A stretch of 64,000 nt of DNA from assembly GCA_045105515.1 (NCBI GenBank), contig JBGCDR010000034.1:1-64000 (forward strand), given 5' to 3'. This document shows, in pieces, positions 33,324 to 43,021 of the stretch (position 1 is its first letter; the number at the start of each line of letters is the position of its first letter). The notes below the pieces were generated by a model. That model was not told where the DNA came from, did no database searches, and saw only the letters and a list, made by a program, of their open reading frames with translations. Both the position numbers and the translations under genes were made by a program. This DNA is from Oligoflexales bacterium (GTDB lineage Bacteria; Bdellovibrionota_B; Oligoflexia; Oligoflexales; Bog-1112).

Positions 33324-33803
33324 ATGCAAATTAGCCAGTCAATAAGAAAGTCATTATTATTGTCTACCAAGGCCTTGTTTTTATTTGCCTTTGGACTATC
33401 TGGATGTAGCTTATTTAAAGAATCACCAATAGCCAGGGACCCATTTGACCGAAGAAATGAAAATATAGAGAAAGAAGAAGTCAAACAAGCACCTTCCGCT
33501 CAAGATCAATGGAAGGAGGAAGAGGAGCTCCCTCAAGGTCCCGCCAGCTCTGCCACGGAGGCATTAAATGAAGTCATGAGCCATAATATTGACATGATTT
33601 CTGAGGATTTCCTTGAAGGGAATATTGAATATTGGGTAAGCGCCAGGCAGTTAAATGTAAGATCAGGCCCAAGCGCTCGGTATGAAAAAGTAGGAAGCTT
33701 AAGAAAGGGCACCAAGGTAATTGTCCTTGAGCGTAGAGGAAATTGGATTCGGATAGAATCAAAGCAGTGGGTTTCAAAAAATTTTCTAAAAGAAAGACCA
33801 TAG
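33324..33803 (+). CDS. lipoprotein with C-terminal bacterial SH3 domain
   Basis: lipobox LSG-C; LNVRSGPS...VGSLRKGTKV...WIRI...WVSKNFL. Confidence 0.85.
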   Translation: MQISQSIRKSLLLSTKALFLFAFGLSGCSLFKESPIARDPFDRRNENIEKEEVKQAPSAQDQWKEEEELPQGPASSATEALNEVMSHNIDMISEDFLEGNIEYWVSARQLNVRSGPSARYEKVGSLRKGTKVIVLERRGNWIRIESKQWVSKNFLKERP

Positions 33804-34095
33804 GCAAAAATCTTATCAAACTCACTGCCAATTGCTGCAGGCATATTGCTAGCTCTTGTTAGTAGGCTAGCGTCAAATTAGGTATAATATGCCTATTACA
33901 TAACAAACTACCCCCATTAGATCCAGGAACCAAAATGGAGATCAATATGGGGTATGCACTAAACAAAACTCTCATATGAAGGGGGATTTTTGACCTCCCT
34001 CATTTTATTGAGGCTGTTACTCAATAAAATGAAGGCTAGTCAAGGTGCCGGTTAAAACTTAAGCGAATTCTGCAACTTTCGATACATCAAAGAGG

Positions 34096-35136
34096 GTGGG
34101 TATGGCTTGCAAGCTTTCTATGGCTCTCTTGCTAGCAATTACATGCCTTTTAAATAAAAATTTGTGGGCAAGGCCAATTAATAGTTATCTAAAACTATAT
34201 TGGGGGAACTGTACATTAGATTCAGACCCTAAAGCAGCTACCCCCTTTTCAAAAACCTATGCAGCTATTTGCCTAAAGCCGGAATTACATCAATCTATGA
34301 GCCACCAACAAAAAACCAGCCACAATCAGTATTATCATTACTCTAAAATTTATGCAGGCTTTCATACGCTAGGCACAATAGGATTTCATTGGTCAGGCTT
34401 TCAAAAAATACAGTCTGATGATGGACCTGGCACTCAAATAGACATTAATCGGACCACCAATACAGCAGCTCTGACAATTGGCAAGTTGGGTATTAACAGA
34501 ATCCTACTTTCTGCAGGCAAGCAAAAAATGGGTTTTGGCATTGGCATCATGCCAAAGGGTGCTTTTATAGAATCGATAAACGCACCTAGTTTTTGGGATA
34601 GCCCTAACTACAGCCTTAGTGCCAGCTGGGACAATTTAGTAGACGCAACAGCTCAGGTATCGATCGGAATTGAGAACCCTGACGAGCTACTTTTTTTAGA
34701 GCAAGAACTTAAACAACTGAGTATAGCCAGTAGGCTCATTTATGATTCTCCGGCATGGTTTGGTACCAGATTTGTCATATCTGGGCTAGCACACCACAAT
34801 GGTGAGCGGAGGTTTGGAATAGGGATGTTAAACATTGCTCCTAATCGAGCTATAAGCTTGGTTGAATGGATTAGAAGCAGACAAACACCTGATGGGAAAA
34901 GCACATCTTTTAAGCAATTAATACGCTTTACGCTCATAGGCGAAAAACAATGGAATAAGCAGCCTTTTTTTATGTATGATGACGTCAGAAAAAATCACAG
35001 GCTCTTCGCAATTGGACAGGAATTTTTTTTCTATAATAATATGAGTGTTCGTTTTTCTCTTGCCTACCGAAAAGATGAAAGCAGCAAACGCGAGCACCTA
35101 TTCTATGCCATCGGAGGACTCAGCTTACAGCTATGA
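34096..35136 (+). CDS. exported hypothetical protein, possibly an outer-membrane beta-barrel
   Basis: signal peptide; alternating beta strands; C-terminal YAIGGLSLQL. Confidence 0.5.
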   Translation: MGMACKLSMALLLAITCLLNKNLWARPINSYLKLYWGNCTLDSDPKAATPFSKTYAAICLKPELHQSMSHQQKTSHNQYYHYSKIYAGFHTLGTIGFHWSGFQKIQSDDGPGTQIDINRTTNTAALTIGKLGINRILLSAGKQKMGFGIGIMPKGAFIESINAPSFWDSPNYSLSASWDNLVDATAQVSIGIENPDELLFLEQELKQLSIASRLIYDSPAWFGTRFVISGLAHHNGERRFGIGMLNIAPNRAISLVEWIRSRQTPDGKSTSFKQLIRFTLIGEKQWNKQPFFMYDDVRKNHRLFAIGQEFFFYNNMSVRFSLAYRKDESSKREHLFYAIGGLSLQL

Positions 35137-37838
35137 ATAGGTTTATTATCTTAATTATTTGCATGCAACTCCAGAATAGTTTCGGAAATACCTTTGCTAA
35201 ACAAAGAACACCGAATGAAACTTCTAAACCTAAGCCATCAAACCCTTCTAAACAATCTGTCGACAAGGTTGAGTTTAAGATAGAACCAGAACAAAAAACA
35301 GAAAATCGCTCCTACTTCCCTCATGTGGACTCACTTTTTGAAAACCCCACAGTTATAACCGGGCTAAGAACCACAACTGAACTTCTCAACCGATCAGTTG
35401 AGTCTCTGATGGAGAGCATTTTTTACAGTCTTCTTGACCAAACATTCAAAGCACCGATGACCGACAATTTCTTCATCAGCACTGGATCTGACAGGAAAGT
35501 TTATACAGCTAATAAAGGTGCTTTTGTGGTAGTGGACCGATTTTTTTATGGACCAGGTTATGAAAAAAAACTTGGACAGTTAAAAAATATTCCTGTCACA
35601 CTGGGCTCACAGGTGCATACAGACATCTATGATATTTACCTACGTTCAGATGGCCAAAGACTAGAAGAGAACAAAGAGATCGGAAAATATCGCTATTTCG
35701 TCAACAACCTATTTGGACTTCTTCCATTATTAACCAAGATCTTGCCCCCATCCTTTAATCCTAACGAACTTTATGATCCTTTACATTTGCTCGAAACGCC
35801 TTTTATTTTCCCTCTCGATAAAAAAAGGTTTGAGTCAATGCTGATTGGATCCGTAAGAAGTTACCGGGTATCAGGAGGAATTAGCTTACCAATTGATTTA
35901 GCTCTCCAACGAACATCTAAAATTTCAGACTTTTTAAGCAAGAATGAAGCAAAATCAAGCCTTCCTTACACGGTATTTGTACAAGGAGAACATCGTATCA
36001 ATGTAATGCGAAAAGAGGAGAATATTGCATGGGTAGGATTAACAAGATCTCATAAGACAGGTCACTCTTTAGCTGGATTTATAGGCAATACCTACTACCT
36101 ACTTAAGAACTCTCTCAAAGTAGTACCCTGGGATGGAATACCAGTGAATTTTTTTCCCATAGATTTCGAGCTATCAAAGGCTCTGATCAACGAAAAAAAT
36201 ATCTTATTTGCCTTCAAAATGGACAAGGAAAAAGCAGTCGATGCATATAAAGAAGCCGTTAGAGGGAATTTTGCACCTGCATTCGATCTAAGTAAAAATG
36301 AGCATAAAACTGGAGTAACATATCATTTTTCATCTGAAACTGATAGCTTAGAAACTAAAAACGAAATCAAGAATAGCTATTTTGTTTATAAGAACGACCA
36401 GATAGGAAAAACAAAACAATCTGAAATCAAGTTAGAAGACAAAAAAGGTGTATCTTACATTCTAGAAGGCACCAAAACACTCGATCGAACAAGCTGGAAC
36501 ATGTTGATAGGTGAAGAAAAAACCACCATCAAAAGCTCAGTTACTATGGAAGTTGATCGCAAAGAAAAATCAAAATTAGGGGATAAACTACAGTATGACT
36601 ATGCTTTTAAGTCTACTGAACCTTATCATATCATTTTCAACCTCGAAATACATGATCGAGCTACAGATGCAGAAGAATATAAGGGCTACCTAAATCTTTT
36701 AAGAAAATTCTCAATGATGCCCCTCAAGGAACTTTTTGAAGTCCCTTTTCGTTCAGAACAAAAACTAAGAAACTATCGGATGAGGAGCTTCTTCGATGCA
36801 CCTCACGAACCACCTCATTTAATTCACATTACTCCCACTACCTTGGGTAGGTTAAATGCTCATGCGTCTGTCCACCTCCCGTACCCTCAAATCGAGTCTA
36901 TCTTGAAAAAATCGGAGCGAGAATGGTGGCAAGCAATCAGCAAGGCATTTGGATTAAGCAAAGCAGAAGCCAATTTGCTATTTGAAAGAAATATCCAGTC
37001 TTATCTTATTAATTATGGACGCCAAATCATTCTAAGTCCGCTAAAACTTGTTAACCTTAATCTTTATCAGCTTGATACATTAAGCGAGTGCCTGCACTTT
37101 ACCAATACGCTGGAAGAGATGAAATTAGCAAATTCGCCTACAGAGTTATTAAGGCTGTTTACCAGCTTCTTCAATACAAATTACCCAGAAAAAAGCTTAT
37201 TGGCCTTACTTTATCTGGTAAATTTAAAACAAACTCCCCGCAGAGTTACTTTGTTCATGAAACCAGCCAATAGCCTTGATTCAGCTCTCAAAGAACGTTT
37301 CCGCAAGACTAACCAAATAGTCTTCTTGTCAAAAGCAAATTTCCCTACTAAGAAAAGATATGAAATTGCTCAGGATAAATTTACAGCTTTCTTTCCTGGG
37401 CACCTAGATGACACCCGAGACAAACCATTGCTGACCAATATCAGCATAAATATTGATCATACATCTCAGGCCATTCCTACAAAACCAATTCTGGTGAAGG
37501 TTCGTGCCAGAAAAGTTCCTTTTGACAAAGCAAGTAGCATGTACATTAGACTGCAAACTGCTGGAAGCTTACATATCAGTAACTATAACCTTGGAGAAAC
37601 AGTTTTACAGTTGAAACCCACTAGTAATAAAAAGAATAGTCTAGATGAAGCAGAGTTCAAGTTCTTCCTGACGGGCTCACAAAGTCCTTTTTCTGGATTT
37701 TTCTTCGAACAAATGACCGAGCTGGGGGGAGATTTTTTGCTCACCATCAGTCTGTCTACACAAGAGTCTATATGGACTCAAAAAAAAACGGTTAAATTCA
37801 AGTTTGAAGAAGGAAGCGTTTTCCCCATGGAGGACTAG
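35133..37838 (+). CDS. large exported hypothetical protein
   Basis: 901-aa ORF with signal peptide; ATGA overlap with upstream gene. Confidence 0.7.
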   Translation: MNRFIILIICMQLQNSFGNTFAKQRTPNETSKPKPSNPSKQSVDKVEFKIEPEQKTENRSYFPHVDSLFENPTVITGLRTTTELLNRSVESLMESIFYSLLDQTFKAPMTDNFFISTGSDRKVYTANKGAFVVVDRFFYGPGYEKKLGQLKNIPVTLGSQVHTDIYDIYLRSDGQRLEENKEIGKYRYFVNNLFGLLPLLTKILPPSFNPNELYDPLHLLETPFIFPLDKKRFESMLIGSVRSYRVSGGISLPIDLALQRTSKISDFLSKNEAKSSLPYTVFVQGEHRINVMRKEENIAWVGLTRSHKTGHSLAGFIGNTYYLLKNSLKVVPWDGIPVNFFPIDFELSKALINEKNILFAFKMDKEKAVDAYKEAVRGNFAPAFDLSKNEHKTGVTYHFSSETDSLETKNEIKNSYFVYKNDQIGKTKQSEIKLEDKKGVSYILEGTKTLDRTSWNMLIGEEKTTIKSSVTMEVDRKEKSKLGDKLQYDYAFKSTEPYHIIFNLEIHDRATDAEEYKGYLNLLRKFSMMPLKELFEVPFRSEQKLRNYRMRSFFDAPHEPPHLIHITPTTLGRLNAHASVHLPYPQIESILKKSEREWWQAISKAFGLSKAEANLLFERNIQSYLINYGRQIILSPLKLVNLNLYQLDTLSECLHFTNTLEEMKLANSPTELLRLFTSFFNTNYPEKSLLALLYLVNLKQTPRRVTLFMKPANSLDSALKERFRKTNQIVFLSKANFPTKKRYEIAQDKFTAFFPGHLDDTRDKPLLTNISINIDHTSQAIPTKPILVKVRARKVPFDKASSMYIRLQTAGSLHISNYNLGETVLQLKPTSNKKNSLDEAEFKFFLTGSQSPFSGFFFEQMTELGGDFLLTISLSTQESIWTQKKTVKFKFEEGSVFPMED

Positions 37839-37873
37839 ATTTTAAAAAGTTTAAAACTTATCAAAAATAGACT

Positions 37874-37900
37874 TCAATTTTCGACTTATCATACCGAAGA
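37874..37900 (+). promoter_or_regulatory. sigma28-like promoter
   Basis: TCAA-N15-ACCGAAGA upstream of the PilZ gene. Confidence 0.45.
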
Positions 37901-37937
37901 TGCAAGGGGAGAAGAAACACTTTTTTAAGAGGAATGT

Positions 37938-38777
37938 ATGTATTATCGACCCTGGCCCCTAGTAATCATTGCAATATTCCATATATTAGAGCCATTCACC
38001 AAAGTTGCCTATTATTCGATAATGCAACAAACTAGTCCCCTTGCGGTCATCGCCAATCAATTCCAATCCAATGATTTCATGCATATTTTTGGATTTTTCT
38101 GCCTATTTCCAATAGCGGGCATTGCCATTTATGCTGTCAAACGATGGAGCCTTGGAGTCTTCCTAGGCGCAGAATGCTGGGCATTAATCGCTAATTTCTC
38201 GCAGCTTAGCTACCTTGTTGAGTCAACGCAGTATGGAAAATTTGCAACGATCATCTTCTTTGCTGTTCTCAATACAGTGGCAGTAGTTTACTTGATGGTT
38301 CCTGCAGTTAGAATCGCCTACACTGACCCCAAGCTTAGATGGTGGGAAGCTTTTGCACGTTACTATGTGGATTGGAACTGTACCTATGCAAGCACCGAGA
38401 AAGGTACTATTAAGAATATTTCAAAAGGCGGACTTTTCATAAAGCCAGAAAATAATTATGAAAAAGAAGGAGTTGTTCCCATTAGTTTTACATTCGGTGA
38501 ACACAAACTCAATCTTAGTGGAAGAGTTATTCATAATTTCACCTTTGAAGGTATAAAAGGATTCGGTGTTGAATTCCATGAATTAGATAACAGCGCCCGC
38601 CAAGCTGTAAATAACATCATCAAAGACTTAGAAACCAAAAAAACTAAAAGAAGGCCTGAAAGACGAGCTATTTTAAATAGTTTTTTTACTTGGGCAAAAA
38701 AATTGCCTGAGGGGGAAGGAATCTTCCCTGAAAGCAAGCATAGAAGTCAAAAAAATCCCAAGCAAAAAGCCAGTTGA
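37938..38777 (+). CDS. membrane protein (4 TM) with PilZ domain
   Basis: TM helices, PKLRWW, NISKGGLFI, GFGVEF. Confidence 0.8.
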   Translation: MYYRPWPLVIIAIFHILEPFTKVAYYSIMQQTSPLAVIANQFQSNDFMHIFGFFCLFPIAGIAIYAVKRWSLGVFLGAECWALIANFSQLSYLVESTQYGKFATIIFFAVLNTVAVVYLMVPAVRIAYTDPKLRWWEAFARYYVDWNCTYASTEKGTIKNISKGGLFIKPENNYEKEGVVPISFTFGEHKLNLSGRVIHNFTFEGIKGFGVEFHELDNSARQAVNNIIKDLETKKTKRRPERRAILNSFFTWAKKLPEGEGIFPESKHRSQKNPKQKAS

Positions 38778-38782
38778 AAGAA

Positions 38783-39754
38783 TCAATTTAGGTTAATCTT
38801 ATCAAAGTACTTATCTATGTAACGAAGCGAGGAGAGAGGTAGCTTAAATGCTTCCTCCTTGCTCGTGTTAAATCCAATTAGCTCGCTCCCTGCCAGATAA
38901 ATTTTGAACTCAGATGTTTTAGCATTTTGACTGCTGAGCGTTAATTCCAACCAAGATTTCTGAGCCGAGAAACGCTGTATCATACTTTGGAACCTTTCAG
39001 ACGGAAAGAATTCAGAAATCGAGACCTTTTCAAGTTCAGTTTTTAACTTACCAACAAGCTCAGGTCTTACTATCCTTCCAGATCGATTTTTAAAACTATC
39101 GTCCTTGGTATTCCATATAAGCTCCATGCTTTCACCCGACTGTTTGTCTATTCTCAGTTTTAGTAAGTCTTTTATCCATGGTTTAAGCATTCTCTTTTCC
39201 CTTAGATCAAAAGGAGACTTCCTAAGCATAAGAGCTAAATGTTTGCTCCCGAGATAGACCCTTCCACTAGAGTTTAAAGTAAAATAGACCATATAACCCA
39301 CAGGGGCATCTTCACCCAAAAACACTTGCCAAACTGGATTTTCTCCAGAAGATCCTTGGTAAACAACTTCCAACTCTGGGGTACTAGAGCTAATTCCAAA
39401 CTCATCTAAATGTGAAATAGTATTCGCAAGGGTCTTTTCATATTGAAATTTTCGCAAATGCTCTAGTAACACTTCGACCATTCTTTCATCAGCAAAAGTT
39501 TTGATCGGAGCGGAGATTTGCCAAGTTCCTGCCAGCCGAACTAATTTGGTAAAGCGCATCTGATCAAGGAGATTTTGTTCGTCTCGATGGTAAAAAGTGA
39601 GGCTCAAAATTTGCTGATCTTTGGGAAAATCAATCTTATTTTTCGATCGTTGATCGATCAGATCTTTGTTTGTTTGCCACTCATCATAGTAAGCTAACAA
39701 ACACAAACCTAGCAACGAAATTAAGCCTACGACAATCCATGACCGCTGACTCAT
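38783..39754 (-). CDS. DUF4340-like membrane-anchored protein
   Basis: N-terminal anchor, WQISAP...AD, EFG, LGEDAPVG...Y, DLREK; follows GldG-like gene. Confidence 0.75.
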   Translation of the reverse strand: MSQRSWIVVGLISLLGLCLLAYYDEWQTNKDLIDQRSKNKIDFPKDQQILSLTFYHRDEQNLLDQMRFTKLVRLAGTWQISAPIKTFADERMVEVLLEHLRKFQYEKTLANTISHLDEFGISSSTPELEVVYQGSSGENPVWQVFLGEDAPVGYMVYFTLNSSGRVYLGSKHLALMLRKSPFDLREKRMLKPWIKDLLKLRIDKQSGESMELIWNTKDDSFKNRSGRIVRPELVGKLKTELEKVSISEFFPSERFQSMIQRFSAQKSWLELTLSSQNAKTSEFKIYLAGSELIGFNTSKEEAFKLPLSSLRYIDKYFDKINLN

Positions 39755-41292
39755 TCTTTTTTCCTACGGTACCAAATAATCGCACCAATCAAAAGATACC
39801 CAAAAGGGTAAATGAAACAAAACACACTAAGTACAACAACGGGTGTACGTGAATTTATCTCTAAGTTACCCCTATTTTTATCCCTTCGTTTAGAGAGAGA
39901 AACAAAGTTGCTTTTTCTAAGAAGATAATTCACAGTTTTTAAAAGAATCTGTCGGTTTTCTGGTCTTATGAATCTTTCATTTTGTATAAACTGCGATGAT
40001 CCAAATGCTGCAATGTAATTGCTCTTATATTTACTGTCATCGACAACTGTCTTAACTAAAGCCATAAGCTTATGGGATCCTTGTTTCAAACGACTTGGGC
40101 CCAAGTTCACCAAATCATCTTCACTATATACTTCACCAATCTGCAAAGCCTTAGAGTTAGTAACTAACGGAAAAAAAACTTCTTTGTCTATAGAAATTTG
40201 AGCTAAGGAACGAGAATCTGAAAAGAATAAACGAATTCCTGGTTTAAATAGAGCAAAACCCAAATCAGCACCTGGTGAATTGGTATCGATCACTGCGGCA
40301 TTTTGCCCATAAGTTTTGATCCTTGGATCTTCGCTACTCAAAACAATAAAGTCAGGTAAATAGGCTAAACCATAAGGCTCGAGAAGATTATTAATTGAAT
40401 CTGATGGACGCATTGCATCAAGCATGATCAATAGAGCACCACCATGTTCGATATACCTGGTAATCTTCTTAAGTTCAATAATAGGGATATTGACTTTTGG
40501 TCCAGCAATAATCATAAGATCTGCAGCCTGAGGGATACTTTCTCCACCAGAGAGGTTTAAAGAGGCCACCTCATAACCTTCAGCTATTAAAGTGTTAGCT
40601 AAAGTTTTAAATCCGGTTTTTACGTCCGATAAAATGGATGGTTCACCATGACCAGTCAAAAAATAGATGTTTAATGTTTCATCTATCAAGAGCTTCAAAA
40701 TAGCGTTCGAAATACTCTCTTCATTAAACAACGTGACCCTCTCAAGCTTATCATCTAATTCAAAAATAGCCACATGAGCTTGCTCAATCTTATTTGCCTT
40801 TGCACTAACAATATCTAATTGGGGATCTATATATTCAATTGATAAAGGTGCACCATACTCCAAGTAGCGTTGCAGCAGTTTTTTAAAATTTCTCTGAATC
40901 TTCGCACTAACAAAAAAAGCTTTTATATTAATCTGTCTTTTTTCAACAATTAATCGTTCAATAAGTGACTTCGTTTCCTGGGATAGCGAGTTATCTTGGT
41001 ACTGGCTCAAATCCAAACTAAGGTTGAAGCGAGGGCGATTAGAAAGCAACACAAGTCCAAGTACGATTAGCATCATTAGCACTATAGACAGGTTCTGCTT
41101 GGTTTTTTTACCTTCCCATATCCTACGGATAAACCAAAACTCAAGATAGCTCCAAAGAAACAGCAAACATAATGCTAAGAAGCTCAAAATAGAATAGCCC
41201 CATGTTTGGATATGGGCATATTCTCTTAAGCCTATTCCTAAAATAAACAAGATTAATGAAATGACTGGTAGCAAGAAGAAACGCGGCTGCAT
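39751..41292 (-). CDS. GldG-family ABC transporter auxiliary protein
   Basis: DLS...SLSQET, YIDP, IYFLTGHGE, LMIIAGP, YIEHGG, C-terminal TM+RRKK. Confidence 0.88.
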   Translation of the reverse strand: MQPRFFLLPVISLILFILGIGLREYAHIQTWGYSILSFLALCLLFLWSYLEFWFIRRIWEGKKTKQNLSIVLMMLIVLGLVLLSNRPRFNLSLDLSQYQDNSLSQETKSLIERLIVEKRQINIKAFFVSAKIQRNFKKLLQRYLEYGAPLSIEYIDPQLDIVSAKANKIEQAHVAIFELDDKLERVTLFNEESISNAILKLLIDETLNIYFLTGHGEPSILSDVKTGFKTLANTLIAEGYEVASLNLSGGESIPQAADLMIIAGPKVNIPIIELKKITRYIEHGGALLIMLDAMRPSDSINNLLEPYGLAYLPDFIVLSSEDPRIKTYGQNAAVIDTNSPGADLGFALFKPGIRLFFSDSRSLAQISIDKEVFFPLVTNSKALQIGEVYSEDDLVNLGPSRLKQGSHKLMALVKTVVDDSKYKSNYIAAFGSSQFIQNERFIRPENRQILLKTVNYLLRKSNFVSLSKRRDKNRGNLEINSRTPVVVLSVFCFIYPFGYLLIGAIIWYRRKKE

Positions 41293-41295
41293 AGG

Positions 41296-42060
41296 CTATT
41301 TCCACTTCAATGTATTGTAAGACAAGCAAGTCAGGCTAAGAAAAAATGCAGTAAAAACGAAAAAATATACCAGATCACTTATAACGAGATAGCCCTGTAA
41401 AAAAGAGGACAGATGATCACTTGCCCCTAGATATTTTAAAATTTGATGGGTCATATCGTTTCCCTTAATAGTTTCTGAGACAGTATTCATAATCAGTAAT
41501 AAAAAGAGTCCCAGCATACTAAACAAAAAAGCAACGAACTGGTTTTGCACTAACGAGGAAATCCACATCCCAAAGGCAAGATGTGATCCTAAAAGAAGGT
41601 AAATACCTAAATAACAGCTAAGAAGAAGGCCGTAGTCAGGTTTCCCATAGACTAATAAAAATAGTGGGAAAACACATGATGCTAGTAGAACTACCGTCAT
41701 AGAGATCATAAGTGCTAAATATTTTCCACTTACCACCTCTATGGCAAGCAATGGCGAGGATAACAACAGTTTTATTGTTTTTTTTTGGTGCTCCTCAGCA
41801 AAACTTCCCATAGTCATAGCAGGCACAATCAGCAAAAGAATAAAGTGAAAGATCCCGAAAAAAGAACTTATCATTTGGCTGAGATTTGGAGCAATCGATC
41901 CCGAGTCATGGGCACTTCTTGTTAGACCTACAAAAGCATCAATATAGCTAAAGAAAAAAATTCCCATAAAAAGTAAGAAAAAAAATATAATGGCCCAAAA
42001 TTTGAGAGAAGAGGTATCGCACCTGAGCTCTTTCAATACAATAGCATAAATAGCACGCAC
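41296..42060 (-). CDS. ABC transporter permease, GldF-like
   Basis: PAMTMGSFAEE...TIKLLLSSP...GKY; SSLVQNQFVA; DLVYF. Confidence 0.9.
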   Translation of the reverse strand: MRAIYAIVLKELRCDTSSLKFWAIIFFFLLFMGIFFFSYIDAFVGLTRSAHDSGSIAPNLSQMISSFFGIFHFILLLIVPAMTMGSFAEEHQKKTIKLLLSSPLLAIEVVSGKYLALMISMTVVLLASCVFPLFLLVYGKPDYGLLLSCYLGIYLLLGSHLAFGMWISSLVQNQFVAFLFSMLGLFLLLIMNTVSETIKGNDMTHQILKYLGASDHLSSFLQGYLVISDLVYFFVFTAFFLSLTCLSYNTLKWK

Positions 42061-42064
42061 TTTT

Positions 42065-43012
42065 TTACCTTTTTGCTACATCAAAATAAATATCCTCTAA
42101 AGAACTTTTTTCCCATTTTAGCTGTCTCAAACCACAGTTGTGAGCTAGCACAAATTCAATGAGTCGATCTAAAATAAACTCGTACCCTTTACCTGGCAAC
42201 TCCAACTCAAGTAAACCTCTCTTTGGATCCGTGCTTTTGATACGCAAAAAACCCGAATTATCTCCTAGGAATTCTTTAGTATTGATCCGTTCAACTAACG
42301 CTTCTAAATTTTGCTCCAATTGCAAATGGTAAACCCTTGTTGAGCTCAGTTTTTCGACTAATAGCTGAAGTTTACCACTTAGGCTTAACCGGCCATCTTT
42401 CAAAATGATTACATGGTCACAAAAACCTTCCACCTGGGTGAGGTTGTGAGAACTAATCAAAATCGTTCGATTCTGGGCAAGTTCTGTGACAATACTCTTA
42501 AATTCTATGATCTGCTCAGGGTCCAACCCATCTGTAGGTTCATCAAGAACAAGAATTGCTGGATCATGCATCAAGGCCTGGGCAAAACCTAGCCTCTGTC
42601 TCATTCCTTTTGAAAGATTTTTTGTGAGCCTATGTTTAACTGACTCAAGAGATAAAAGTCCAAGAATCTGCGAAATCCTTGGTGCCAGTTGTGAATGATG
42701 CAACTTACGAATTCCGCCTACGAAAACCAAGGCTTCGTGAACCCTCAGTTCCCCATACAGCGGGGGCTGTTCCGGAAGATAGCCAATGTTTTTTGATATT
42801 TCATAAAAGTCTGTATCAAGATTTTTACCATTTAAGATCACCTTACCTGAGTCTTTTCCAAGGCATCCGCAGATAATATCTAAAGTGGTCGTTTTACCAG
42901 AACCATTTGCTCCAAGAAAAGCTGTCACCTCTCCTCTAGCAACCTCAAAGCTAAGTCCATCTAGGACCTGATTGTTACCAAAACTTTTGAAAAGCTCTTT
43001 AACCTCAATCAA
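42065..43012 (-). CDS. ABC transporter ATP-binding protein, GldA-like
   Basis: GANGSGKTT, GYLPEQPPLY, LSKGMRQR, LDEPTDGLDP, SSH. Confidence 0.95.
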   Translation of the reverse strand: MIEVKELFKSFGNNQVLDGLSFEVARGEVTAFLGANGSGKTTTLDIICGCLGKDSGKVILNGKNLDTDFYEISKNIGYLPEQPPLYGELRVHEALVFVGGIRKLHHSQLAPRISQILGLLSLESVKHRLTKNLSKGMRQRLGFAQALMHDPAILVLDEPTDGLDPEQIIEFKSIVTELAQNRTILISSHNLTQVEGFCDHVIILKDGRLSLSGKLQLLVEKLSSTRVYHLQLEQNLEALVERINTKEFLGDNSGFLRIKSTDPKRGLLELELPGKGYEFILDRLIEFVLAHNCGLRQLKWEKSSLEDIYFDVAKR

Positions 43013-43021
43013 GAAAAATCC

